DNA from: Butyrivibrio sp. | GTDB taxonomy: Bacteria > Bacillota > Clostridia > Lachnospirales > Lachnospiraceae | Direction: 5' to 3' | DNA length: 64,000 nt | Assembly: GCA_022486625.1 (NCBI GenBank) | Contig: JAKVKH010000021.1 | Span: 1,008-65,007, forward strand | Part shown: positions 1 through 9,314 of the stretch, one piece after another | How the letters are laid out: each line of letters opens with the position of its first letter | Numbering within the stretch: position 1 is the first letter of the stretch | Made by a program: the position numbers and the translations under genes | The notes under the pieces: model-generated | Told to the model about the DNA's origin: nothing | The model's database searches: none | Seen by the model: only the letters and a program-made list of their open reading frames with translations

Positions 1-1896
1 CTTCATGGAACAGGTCACGGTTTCGTAAATCATTTCTCCCAGCTGCGTCGGCGTGATGATCTGCGTCTTCTTGTTCAGATTCAGATACCCGATATTGACA
101 AGCTTTGTCAGAATCCCGGCACGTGTTGCCGACGTTCCGATTCCGCTGCCCTTGATCTGCGCACGCAGTTCTTCATCCTCAATGAACTGTCCGGCATTTT
201 CCATGGTCAGAATGATCGTTCCGGAATTGTAACGCTTTGGCGGCGCTGTTTCGCCTTCCTTGAGGTTCAGCTCCTTCAGCGGCATGATACTGCCTTTTTT
301 CAGCTTCTTCAGCTCTTCGAAGAATTCCTCATCAGTCATCTCCTCTTCTTCATCGCCGCTGCCTTCCGCATTCTCATCTGCGTCCGCACTGCCACCACTG
401 CTGCCGGAGCTGTTCTGACTTCCCGTCTGTGCATCCTCTTTCTTTTTGAAAAAAGAATAGTCCATCACGTGCAGATATCCCTTGCCGGTCAGCACCTTGA
501 AATTGGAATAGAAATGCTCGATAAACTCCGTTCCCGGCATCGGCACCGCCCAGGTGATCGCCACCTTCTGATAGGTTGCCGGCGGATAGAAAATCGCCAG
601 GAATCTGCGTACGATGATCTCATACACCTTCGCCGATGTCGGGCTTAAGGATTTCAGATTCTGAAGTCCCTGCCCAGTCGGAATGATCGCATAGTGATCG
701 GTGATCGCCTTGTCGTTTACATATCTGGTCTTCGCAATGCCTTTATAGGATTCATGCTGCAGCACCGACTTTGCATAGATTGCCGCCGGCCCGTAGTTCT
801 GAAGTCCCCCGATATTCTGATTGATCACCTTGGAAATCGCTGTAGACAGGACACGTGCATCCGTTCTGGGATATGTCGTCATCTTTTTCTCATACAGTTC
901 CTGTGCAATTGCCAGTGTCTCGTCCGGATTGATCTTGAAGAATCTGGAGCAGTCATTCTGCAGCTCTGCAAGGTTATACAGGAGCGGTGCATTCTTGACT
1001 TCCTTTTTCTTCTCGCTCTTCTCAACGGCCGCATCCACGGGAAGCTGTCCAAAAGAAGAAATCAGATTCTCAGCACTTTTTTTCTCTTTAAAGCCTTTTT
1101 CATTATAGAGTTCCGGAGAATTAAAATATCGGCTCTGCTCCGCCACACGCCATTCCGCATCACCTGTGCGGCTGCCGAAATCAAGTCCTGCCATCACACG
1201 GTAAAAAGGTGTCTTGACGAAATTACGTATTTCTCTTTCTCTGTCTACCACAATTCCCAGTACACATGTCATGACACGCCCGACAGAAACGACACACTTG
1301 GGTCTGTTCAGATATGTCTTGATCGAATAACCGTATTTAAGCGTCAGCGCACGGCTGAAATTGATTCCCATCAGGTAATCTTCCTTGGCACGCAGATACG
1401 CCGCCGCTCCAAGCGCATTGTATTCGGAATCGTCCTTTGCCTCTTTGATTCCGCGCAGAATCTCTTCTTCCGTCTGCGAATCGATCCAGACACGCCTGCG
1501 GATCTTGCCTTCCACATGTGCCTGTTCATCCACCAGCCGGTATATATACTCGCCCTCACGTCCTGAGTCCGTACAGATATAAATCGTATCCACATCTGCC
1601 CTTGTCAGAAGCCCTCTGACAATATTAAACTGCTTCCTGACATCCGCTATAACTTCATACCTGAACTGCTCCGGAATAAAGGGAATCGTTTCCAATGACC
1701 ATTTTTTATACTTCTCGTCATAAACTTCCGGATAGCTCATCGTTACCAGATGTCCGACGCACCAGGTAATGATGGCTTCGTCTGATTCCCAGTAGCCATC
1801 CGCTTTTCTGTAATTATAATGATACGCGTGCTCAAGCGCCTCGCCAAACGCCTTGGCCACACTCGGCTTCTCCGCGATATATACGCTTTTACTCAT
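1..1896 (-). CDS. topB: Type IA DNA topoisomerase III (C-terminal end runs off the window start)
   Basis: Not in the ORF track; translated by hand from ATG 1896: MSKSVYIAEKPSVAK...ITWCVGHLVTMSYP...CTDSGREGEYIYR (TOPRIM), SVGRVMT, and GSGIGTSATRAGILTKL near the window start. Confidence 0.92.
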   Translation of the reverse strand, partial: MSKSVYIAEKPSVAKAFGEALEHAYHYNYRKADGYWESDEAIITWCVGHLVTMSYPEVYDEKYKKWSLETIPFIPEQFRYEVIADVRKQFNIVRGLLTRADVDTIYICTDSGREGEYIYRLVDEQAHVEGKIRRRVWIDSQTEEEILRGIKEAKDDSEYNALGAAAYLRAKEDYLMGINFSRALTLKYGYSIKTYLNRPKCVVSVGRVMTCVLGIVVDREREIRNFVKTPFYRVMAGLDFGSRTGDAEWRVAEQSRYFNSPELYNEKGFKEKKSAENLISSFGQLPVDAAVEKSEKKKEVKNAPLLYNLAELQNDCSRFFKINPDETLAIAQELYEKKMTTYPRTDARVLSTAISKVINQNIGGLQNYGPAAIYAKSVLQHESYKGIAKTRYVNDKAITDHYAIIPTGQGLQNLKSLSPTSAKVYEIIVRRFLAIFYPPATYQKVAITWAVPMPGTEFIEHFYSNFKVLTGKGYLHVMDYSFFKKKEDAQTGSQNSSGSSGGSADADENAEGSGDEEEEMTDEEFFEELKKLKKGSIMPLKELNLKEGETAPPKRYNSGTIILTMENAGQFIEDEELRAQIKGSGIGTSATRAGILTKLVNIGYLNLNKKTQIITPTQLGEMIYETVTCSMK

Positions 1897-3262
1897 TCTG
1901 TAACTCTTCCATACCTACCAATCTGATTCTTCCTTTTTCTTTATTTGCCAGCTTCGTCAGTGCAGTATCAAATCCTGCTCCGGAAAAGAAATACAGATAT
2001 TTCCCGGTCAGTCGGGCCTTTTTCTCACATTCAAGGAGCCAGGCGAAATCATCCCCTGTCAGCATACGCTTCCAGGAGCAGATTCCCAGAATGGTATCCC
2101 CGTTCTCAGACTGTGCAACAATATCAATATTTCCGGTCTTACCTGCCCATTCTCCCTGTTCGCTGATACGAATCGGCAGTCTGCCCGCTCTGTCAAGGCG
2201 TCCAAGCCATTGCCGGCACAGCTCTGCAAAAAAACGATCCAGATAGCTCTGCAGACCGGCAGATATAAATATATCATAAAACCGATCTGAAGACATCATT
2301 TTCAGACTGCTTTCATTTGGATAGACAAAACGGAACCAGAAGGAAAGCAGCGGATCCTTGATCCGGTAAACGCCTTTTTTCGTATTTTCAATTCCTGTAT
2401 TTCCAAAGGAATAAACTTTCTCCACCAGTTCCAGCATCATCAGATTCTTCAGATATACTGCAATCTTGGCTCTGGAAAAACCTGTCGCATGGTATAGATC
2501 ATTGAGTTTACCGCTGCCCGCCGCCAGTTCGCATAAAATCGTATTGTATACCGCAGGCTCGCGAAGCGGCCCCCGGATCATCTCCTGCAGCTGTATCTGC
2601 AGACTGCTCCCGCCGTTCAGAAGCTGCCGGCAGATATTGTCCCTGAAGTTCCGCTTCCTGTCAAGGGCGTTCCACCGCTGTGTCTGCCCGCCCAGTACCG
2701 AATAGGTCATGAATGCATTCTGAAATGACATACTGCCATACGCCGCACGCATTTCATAAAACGGAATTTCCCGCAGCTTCAAAAGGCCGCTGATTCCATG
2801 GGCATCATCTCCCAGCTGCTCAATCATATGCTGCTCGACCCAGATTGCTTCATCTGTCATAAGGAGCACAATGGTTCTCTTCTGTCTCCTGTCAGCCACC
2901 AGTTCATGAAGCACTTTCATAAAACTGCTCCCGTCATGCAGCAGCTGTTCAAAATGTTCGATCATCAGAATCAGGGGTTCGTCACCTGCTGCCCTGCGAA
3001 CACTCTCCAGAATCTGTGCATAGGACGGCCACTGGTCGATCTGCTGTCCTCTTGCTCTCAGCTCATTTGCCCACAGATGGCGCTGACATCTGTCCGATGC
3101 AGGTCTCCCCAGATAATAGGCACAGCTGCGCCCTTCCGTAAAATCATCCAAAAGAGGCAGCGGATCTGTGCCATGTAAATAATACATGACCACAATGCTG
3201 CTGCCACTCTTCTGATAATATTTATTCAGTTCTTCCAGTTCTCTGATTCTGGTTTCTTCCAT
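1889..3262 (-). CDS. Archaeal-type AAA ATPase (ATPase_2) + winged helix + DUF234 protein with degenerate Walker A/B and nuclease motifs
   Basis: ELEELN N-terminus, wHTH (GKLNDLYHATGFSRAKIAVYLKNL), YRIKDPLLSFWFRFVYP motif, C-terminal IDIVA; stop overlaps the topB start. Confidence 0.8.
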   Translation of the reverse strand: MEETRIRELEELNKYYQKSGSSIVVMYYLHGTDPLPLLDDFTEGRSCAYYLGRPASDRCQRHLWANELRARGQQIDQWPSYAQILESVRRAAGDEPLILMIEHFEQLLHDGSSFMKVLHELVADRRQKRTIVLLMTDEAIWVEQHMIEQLGDDAHGISGLLKLREIPFYEMRAAYGSMSFQNAFMTYSVLGGQTQRWNALDRKRNFRDNICRQLLNGGSSLQIQLQEMIRGPLREPAVYNTILCELAAGSGKLNDLYHATGFSRAKIAVYLKNLMMLELVEKVYSFGNTGIENTKKGVYRIKDPLLSFWFRFVYPNESSLKMMSSDRFYDIFISAGLQSYLDRFFAELCRQWLGRLDRAGRLPIRISEQGEWAGKTGNIDIVAQSENGDTILGICSWKRMLTGDDFAWLLECEKKARLTGKYLYFFSGAGFDTALTKLANKEKGRIRLVGMEELQNE

Positions 3263-3368
3263 AATGTTGCATAATCTCCCTGATGCTCTGGTGCCCGAAA
3301 TTTAATCGTGATTATATTTATCTTACTGCAGATAGAAGATTTATGCTATAAAAAATATGGAACAGTTC

Positions 3369-3485
3369 TCAATTCCCCCTTGGTTTCCCAATCCCATATT
3401 TCTGATACATCTGTTCTCTGAACGTCTCGTCTACATCCGCTCTGGCCGCATCTTCCGTACGGATATCTTTTTTCCTAAATGCCAT
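3369..3485 (-). CDS. Possible small protein (38 aa, MAFRKKDIRTEDAARADVDETFREQMYQKYGIGKPRGN)
   Basis: Open frame read by hand in the intergenic gap, co-directional with its neighbours; no clear SD. Confidence 0.25.
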   Translation of the reverse strand: MAFRKKDIRTEDAARADVDETFREQMYQKYGIGKPRGN

Positions 3486-3540
3486 TTTCTATTTTGTTGT
3501 ATCGTTCAGATATGCATCGCACAGAAACGGAATCTGATAC

Positions 3541-4365
3541 TCATACAAAAAACTCCGCCTCAGCCCTTCTCTTATAGTTCTGTTCCAGCATTGCCACATG
3601 CGACAGAAACGCGGGGTCTGCAAAATACTTTGCACCTCTGGGACATTTTTTCACGCAGGCCTGGCACTTGATACAGATGCCCCTTACTTCGGCGGGATTC
3701 TCCTCTGAAATTGATCCCATGGGACATACTTTCACACATATGCCGCAGCCATCACACTTTTTCGGATCTGTAAGCGGCTTTGCCTTCAGGAATACAGCCG
3801 GCTGACCGTCTGTTCCAAGCGGCGTGTAATAAGGTGCCGGATATTCTCCTGCTACCTTTACCTGCACAGTTATATTCTCCGGCAGCAGTTTTACCATATC
3901 TGCCGCATGCTTTGCGAACTTTCTGATCCGGTTAATGTCTGCGGATGCAGGTCTTCCTTTTGCAAGCTGATCTGTAAATGCATGCTCTGCAGGAACTGCT
4001 GCCGCCGCAAATGTATGAAAGCCATGCAGTTCGAGTTCATGCTGCAGTTCCTTTAAGCCATTATCATAGCTCCGGTTTCCAAAGGTAACCACCGGTATTG
4101 CTGCCGCTCCGTTACCTTCGATTTTTTCCTGCAGATATGGCAGTATCTTATTGGGTACGCGGCCTGCATACACAGGCATACCTGCAATTACCAGATCCCC
4201 TTTCTGAAATTCCAGCGCCGCCAGACGGTTCCCCGGCAGGGTAATATCCGCCTTTTCGCAGGGCACCTGCAGACACTCTGCCATTTTCTGCCCGATTGCA
4301 GATACGACTTTTTCTGTATTTCCCGTTGCACTGTAATATAAAAGAGTTATCTTCGTTACGTTCAT
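3541..4365 (-). CDS. EFR1-family flavodoxin/ferredoxin fusion
   Basis: Flavodoxin loop YYSATGNT, P-V-Y-A-G-R-V-P, and two CxxCxxCxxxCP motifs; AGGAG SD. Confidence 0.88.
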   Translation of the reverse strand: MNVTKITLLYYSATGNTEKVVSAIGQKMAECLQVPCEKADITLPGNRLAALEFQKGDLVIAGMPVYAGRVPNKILPYLQEKIEGNGAAAIPVVTFGNRSYDNGLKELQHELELHGFHTFAAAAVPAEHAFTDQLAKGRPASADINRIRKFAKHAADMVKLLPENITVQVKVAGEYPAPYYTPLGTDGQPAVFLKAKPLTDPKKCDGCGICVKVCPMGSISEENPAEVRGICIKCQACVKKCPRGAKYFADPAFLSHVAMLEQNYKRRAEAEFFV

Positions 4366-4464
4366 AGGCTCCTCTTTTCTGAAGTCTGATTTAATGAACT
4401 TGTCTGTATGATCATGTACTATCTACATTATACCGTAAATACATCCCGCATTCACAAATAGTTT

Positions 4465-4493
4465 TTGACTCTGTGATCGTAGTATACGATAAT
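4465..4493 (+). promoter_or_regulatory. sigma70-type promoter
   Basis: TTGACT-N17-GATAAT upstream of ORF 4563. Confidence 0.45.
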
Positions 4494-4562
4494 AAATATA
4501 TGAATCATACAATCTGCTTTTGGATTCTGAAAAAGCATCAATATTGATGGAGGAATCAGGCA

Positions 4563-4847
4563 ATGGATGGATTTGGGATCAGCAAACAGGATGCAGTAAA
4601 AGAGCTGCGCAGAATGGGTTATTCAGATTGTGAACTTGCAGATGGTGTTGTCTATGTCAGCGGAACTGATAATTACGATGAATTGGCGGTAAAACTCCGC
4701 TCCGTCATGAAAGCAATCGGTTATACCAATGCCTGGGGTATCCGCTCTCCCAGAAAATCATCCTCCTATGGGCAGCCCGCCTTTGCTGCAGAAGAAGATC
4801 CGGACAATGATGAAGACATCACCCTTTTGGAAAATCATCCAGAGTGA
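4563..4847 (+). CDS. Hypothetical protein (94 aa, acidic tail)
   Basis: GGAGGA SD, upstream promoter, protein-like composition. Confidence 0.7.
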   Translation: MDGFGISKQDAVKELRRMGYSDCELADGVVYVSGTDNYDELAVKLRSVMKAIGYTNAWGIRSPRKSSSYGQPAFAAEEDPDNDEDITLLENHPE

Positions 4848-5313
4848 CCGCACTGTCTCTGATGCCTGCTTCTTCCTGCGCATCTCCGAAGAGCCAGCAG
4901 CGGTCAATCTGCATGCATTTTCGTAAGTAAACTGACAGAGCGCCGTTTTCTGCATTTTCCGACAGTACACCGCTGGTTTCTTCTGTCTCTTTGCCCTGCC
5001 ATTCCACGCGCAAAGTCCAGAACCCCTCTTTCATATCTGCCATTTCCGGCTCCGTATCATCACTTCTGTGACATAACGGCACCAGCTTCCGTAACAGCAT
5101 CTGTCCTGCCTCCTGTCCGATTTCCCTGTGAATCCGTTTCCCCGGCTTGAACCTGCCAAAGCCTTCTCCGAAACAGAACGTTTCAAAAGAGATACTGCCT
5201 GCTTCTGTAATTGTCAGCTTCTGCTCCACCTCTTCCTCTTTATCCGGAATTTTCCCTGTTCCAAGCCTGATTGAAGTAAGTTCTGCTTTTTTCGGTTCTG
5301 TCATTTCCATCAT
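4819..5313 (-). CDS. Hypothetical protein
   Basis: ORF track 4819..5325; start moved to the ATG following GAGGA; overlaps the convergent ORF by 29 nt. Confidence 0.65.
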   Translation of the reverse strand: MMEMTEPKKAELTSIRLGTGKIPDKEEEVEQKLTITEAGSISFETFCFGEGFGRFKPGKRIHREIGQEAGQMLLRKLVPLCHRSDDTEPEMADMKEGFWTLRVEWQGKETEETSGVLSENAENGALSVYLRKCMQIDRCWLFGDAQEEAGIRDSAVTLDDFPKG

Positions 5314-5327
5314 TTTCCTCATCAAAA

Positions 5328-5393
5328 AAGATCTGCTTCTGTCACTGCTCAGATCATAACATATCCGGGCACCTGTATTCAGAAGCAGATCTT
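5328..5393 (-). terminator. Probable intrinsic terminator after asd (14-bp stem, large loop)
   Basis: AAGATCTGCTTCTG...CAGAAGCAGATCTT followed by a T run on the minus strand. Confidence 0.55.
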
Positions 5394-5410
5394 ATTATCT
5401 CATTATTTCT

Positions 5411-6496
5411 TTATTTTGCTGTGATAAAGCCCTTTGCCTTAAGAAGCTCTGCGCACTCTACAGCACCGCCTGCTGCACCACGCAGCGTATTATGAGACAG
5501 GCCGACGAACTTCCAGTCATAAACCGTATCTTCACGCAGACGGCCGATGCTGACGCCCATGCCGCCTTCATAATTGACATCCATGGTCACCTGCGGTCTG
5601 TTGTCTTCTTCCATATACTGAATGAACTGCTTCGGTGCACTCGGAAGCCCCAGCTTCTGAGGCTCACCGCTGAAGTTTACCAGCTTCTCCACGAGCTGTT
5701 CCTTTGTTGCCTTCTTTCTGAACTTTACAAAAGCTGCTGCCGTATGGCCATACAGAACCGGAATACGGATACACTGGCAGGTGATAATCGGGCTGACTGC
5801 CGGAACGATCTGGCCGTTCTCGATATGTCCCCAGATACGCAGAGGCTCTTTCTCACTCTTTTCCTCTTCTCCTGAGATGAACGGAATTACGTTTCCAACC
5901 ATTTCCGGCCATTCCTTAAAGTTCTTGCCTGCACCGGAAATTGCCTGATATGTTGTAGCCACTACTTCATAAGGCTCGAATTCCTTCCATGCGGAAAGTG
6001 CGGGTGTATAGCTCTGAATGGAGCAGTTTGGCTTAACTGCGATAAAGCCCTTCTGCGTTCCAAGTCTCTTTTTCTGATACTCGATAACATCCGCGTGCTC
6101 CGGATTGATCTCCGGAATGATCATCGGTACATCCGGTGTCCATCTGTGTGCGCTGTTATTGGATACAACCGGTGTCTCTGTCTTTGCATACTCTTCTTCA
6201 ATATGCTTGATTTCATCCTTGGACATATTTACTGCAGAGAATACGAAATCAACATCAGATGCAACATTTTTTACATCCTCTACGTCCTTGATTACAAGAT
6301 TCTTAATGGCATCCGGAATCGGTTCATCCATCTTCCATCTGTCTCCAACGGATTCTTCATAGGTCTTTCCTGCTGAGCGCGGGCTTGCTGCAATGGTGGT
6401 AACTTCGAACCACGGATGATTGTTCAGAATGGAAATAAATCTCTGTCCTACCATTCCGGTTCCGCCAAGGACTGCAACTTTTAACTTTTCACTCAT
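5411..6496 (-). CDS. asd: Aspartate-semialdehyde dehydrogenase
   Basis: VAVLGGTGMVGQRF, PNCS catalytic Cys, SHNTLRGAAGGAV. Confidence 0.96.
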   Translation of the reverse strand: MSEKLKVAVLGGTGMVGQRFISILNNHPWFEVTTIAASPRSAGKTYEESVGDRWKMDEPIPDAIKNLVIKDVEDVKNVASDVDFVFSAVNMSKDEIKHIEEEYAKTETPVVSNNSAHRWTPDVPMIIPEINPEHADVIEYQKKRLGTQKGFIAVKPNCSIQSYTPALSAWKEFEPYEVVATTYQAISGAGKNFKEWPEMVGNVIPFISGEEEKSEKEPLRIWGHIENGQIVPAVSPIITCQCIRIPVLYGHTAAAFVKFRKKATKEQLVEKLVNFSGEPQKLGLPSAPKQFIQYMEEDNRPQVTMDVNYEGGMGVSIGRLREDTVYDWKFVGLSHNTLRGAAGGAVECAELLKAKGFITAK

Positions 6497-6578
6497 TTTT
6501 CCACTTCCTCCTCTTTCTCATGAATACAATTATGATCAGGATACCAATGACGTATTCCCGGTTAACGTGATAAACTGT

Positions 6579-7970
6579 CTATTTTCTGGTCCAGAAATCC
6601 TTCAAAAAAGCCTCATTCATGCGAATAACCTTATCCATTGCGGCAGATCCCGGAGCTCCTACCGTCAGTCTCTTCTCCACGCAGGTTTTAAGACTGATCG
6701 CATCATAAACATCCTCTTCAAACTGCGGTGCAAACTGCCTGAGTTCAGATATACTCAGTTCATCAATGCTGCAGCCCTTTTCAATACAGTGCAGCACGAT
6801 CCGTCCTATGATTCCGTGCGCATCCCTGAACGGAACGCCCTTCACCACAAGGTAATCTGCGGCATCTGTTGCATTTGTAAATCCGCGCATTGCGCTCTTT
6901 TCCATAATTTCCCGGTTAAACTTCATCGTACGGATCATATCGGTAAAAAGAGTCAGGCAATGCTGAACGGTATCAATAGCATCAAACGCTGCCTCTTTGT
7001 CTTCCTGCATGTCCTTGTCATATGCAAGCGGGATTCCCTTCATCGTAGTCAGAAGAGACATCAGATCGCCGTATACGCGTCCGGTCTTGCCTCGTACAAG
7101 TTCTGCAATATCCGGATTTTTCTTCTGCGGCATAATACTGCTGCCGGTAGAATAAGCATCATCGATTTCCACAAATCTGTACTCATTGGAATTCCAGATA
7201 ATAACCTCTTCGCTGAATCTCGACAGGTGCATCATTACTGTGGAAAGCGCCGCCAGATATTCAATCAGATAATCTCTGTCCGAAACAGAATCCATACTGT
7301 TAAGTGTCGGTCCCGTAAATGCCAGAAGCTGTGCAGTATATTCACGGTCCAATGGATACGTCGTTCCCGCAAGCGCACCTGCACCGAGCGGACAGTAATT
7401 CATCCTTTCATAAATGTCATGCATCCGCAGGCTGTCCCGTTTGAACATTTCAAAATAAGCACCAAAATGATGTGCCAGTGTAACCGGCTGTGCCTTCTGC
7501 AGATGCGTAAAACCCGGCATATAGGTGTGAAGATTATCCTTCATGATCGCTGAAAGTGTCTGCAGCATGTCATACAGACAGTCTGCCGTTTCCTTTACCT
7601 GCTGCCTTGTATACAGCCGCATATCCAGCGCCACCTGATCATTTCTTGATCTTCCGGTATGCATTTTCTTGCCTGCATCACCGATTCTGCTGATCAGATT
7701 GGCTTCTATGAAACTGTGTACATCTTCATATTCGCCTGTAATCTGTAATGTACCATCTTCCACATCTTTTTTAATGCTGTGAAGGCCGGAGATAATGCTC
7801 TCCTTTTCTTCCCGTGTAATAATTTCCTGTTTTGCCAGCATGGTGACATGTGCAATGCTGCCTTCGATATCCTGATCCAAAAGACGTTTATCAAAAGAAA
7901 CTGATGCATTGAAATTCCATGCAAGTTCATCAATCTGTTTGGTAAAACGTCCTCCCCATAACTGCGCCAT
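6579..7970 (-). CDS. argH: Argininosuccinate lyase
   Basis: LWGGRF, HTGRSRNDQV, GSSIMPQKKNPD fumarate-lyase signature. Confidence 0.97.
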   Translation of the reverse strand: MAQLWGGRFTKQIDELAWNFNASVSFDKRLLDQDIEGSIAHVTMLAKQEIITREEKESIISGLHSIKKDVEDGTLQITGEYEDVHSFIEANLISRIGDAGKKMHTGRSRNDQVALDMRLYTRQQVKETADCLYDMLQTLSAIMKDNLHTYMPGFTHLQKAQPVTLAHHFGAYFEMFKRDSLRMHDIYERMNYCPLGAGALAGTTYPLDREYTAQLLAFTGPTLNSMDSVSDRDYLIEYLAALSTVMMHLSRFSEEVIIWNSNEYRFVEIDDAYSTGSSIMPQKKNPDIAELVRGKTGRVYGDLMSLLTTMKGIPLAYDKDMQEDKEAAFDAIDTVQHCLTLFTDMIRTMKFNREIMEKSAMRGFTNATDAADYLVVKGVPFRDAHGIIGRIVLHCIEKGCSIDELSISELRQFAPQFEEDVYDAISLKTCVEKRLTVGAPGSAAMDKVIRMNEAFLKDFWTRK

Positions 7971-8121
7971 ATACGTTCCTTCCTGTCATTTCTCTGTCAC
8001 GTCTTCGTATTAAAGCATAAAAGTTATTAAGAGATTATCATAAGCGTTCTGCAATTACAACCCGAAATTGAAAAATATCTTCTTATATTATGTAAAAAAT
8101 CAGTTTCCACTGATACAACAA

Positions 8122-8149
8122 AACCCGTTCCTTATAAAAGGAACGGGTT
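8122..8149 (-). terminator. Intrinsic terminator of tRNA-Thr
   Basis: AACCCGTTCC/GGAACGGGTT stem with a T-rich tail on the minus strand. Confidence 0.75.
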
Positions 8150-8160
8150 CCGCAGATGAG

Positions 8161-8233
<73 letters not shown>

Positions 8234-8267
8234 ACTCCGTCCTGCGTTTTTCGCAGGAACAAAGACA

Positions 8268-8296
8268 ATTATAACTGTCACAGCAGACTTTGGCAA
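8268..8296 (-). promoter_or_regulatory. sigma70 promoter of tRNA-Thr
   Basis: TTGCCA-N17-TATAAT. Confidence 0.75.
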
Positions 8297-8309
8297 GAGA
8301 AAAAGACAA

Positions 8310-8352
8310 TTTTCCCGCGGGAAATTTTTTATACAGAATTTCCCGTGGAAAG
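8310..8352 (-). terminator. Probable terminator hairpin after mscS
   Basis: TTTCCCGCGGGAAATT and AATTTCCCGTGGAAA pair as an imperfect stem. Confidence 0.45.
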
Positions 8353-8375
8353 TTTGTCGGTCTTACGTTTCTGTC

Positions 8376-9314
8376 TTACTGTTTCATGTGCACATCCAAC
8401 TGCGGGAACGGAATCTCAATATGTGCTTCGTCAAGCGCAATCTTGATCTTCTCGTTCAGTTCCCATTTCGCAGAAAGGAAATGCTCTGCCTTTACCCAGC
8501 ATCTGATACCGAGCGTGATACTGCTGTCTCCCAGATTATCGACAAAAACAACTCTCTCCTGATCGCCCAGCGTCCATTTGCACTCTTCCATTGTCTTCTC
8601 CAGCACTTTTCTTGCCAGCCGGATGTCCGTATCATAACCAACGCCGATTTTGATTTCAACCATACGGGTATCATTTCCCGTCGCATTTGTCAGTGAGGTA
8701 TTGGCAAGGCTTCCGTTGGGAAGGACGATAATCTTGTTGTCCGGTGTAATCAGTCTGGTATTGAAAAGAGAAATTTCTTTTACTGTACCTTCATGTCCCT
8801 TATTGTCTTCAATAATATAATCGCCCAGCCGGAACGGTTTGAGCAGCAGAATCATGATTCCGCCTGCCAGATTGGAAAGACTTCCCTGTACAGCCAGACC
8901 GATTGCCACACCGGCAGAACCGAGAATGGCAACAATGCTGGCAGTGTCCATGCCAAACGCGGCCAGCACGCCGAAAACCAGAATGATTTTCAGTGCGATT
9001 CCGACAAAGGAACACATAAAATGAATGGTGCTTTCATCTACCTTTGTACGCTCCATGGATTTGCGCATGACTTTGGTAATGGTTCTGATCACCTGCAGTG
9101 ATATCAGAATCACAATCACTGCAATCACCACGCGGATTCCCAGCTGCGTTGCCTTATCCGGAAGTTCATTAAAAAACTGTTTGAGCGCTCCCGGATCCAC
9201 ATCCTGTCCTGTCACTTCGGACAGTTTGTCAATTGTTTCCTGCGTTCCCTGCTCCAGCGCACTGCTGCTGATTGTGCTGGCATTTAAAAATGCAGGTATC
9301 ATCATTAATGGCAT
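8376..9314 (-). CDS. mscS: Small-conductance mechanosensitive channel
   Basis: TM helices, GLAVQGSLSNLAGG, KPFRLGDYI, IEIPFPQLDVH. Confidence 0.92.
   Translation of the reverse strand: MPLMMIPAFLNASTISSSALEQGTQETIDKLSEVTGQDVDPGALKQFFNELPDKATQLGIRVVIAVIVILISLQVIRTITKVMRKSMERTKVDESTIHFMCSFVGIALKIILVFGVLAAFGMDTASIVAILGSAGVAIGLAVQGSLSNLAGGIMILLLKPFRLGDYIIEDNKGHEGTVKEISLFNTRLITPDNKIIVLPNGSLANTSLTNATGNDTRMVEIKIGVGYDTDIRLARKVLEKTMEECKWTLGDQERVVFVDNLGDSSITLGIRCWVKAEHFLSAKWELNEKIKIALDEAHIEIPFPQLDVHMKQ

Noticed and set aside
694-1566. 290-aa plus-strand ORF, and the many other antisense ORFs in the track (e.g. 6420..7553, 50595..51530)
   Set aside because: Shadow frames opposite well-supported genes; Cys/His/Ile-rich with no motifs
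1-3262. topB region as a horizontally acquired or conjugative-element topoisomerase
   Set aside because: Spot GC counts overlap those of core genes such as asd; no relaxase, T4SS or other mobile-element genes adjoin within the window
8311-8324. Perfect palindrome TTTCCCGCGGGAAA as a transcription-factor site shared with 60366-60378
   Set aside because: Better explained as one arm of the mscS terminator hairpin; the second site is only a partial match
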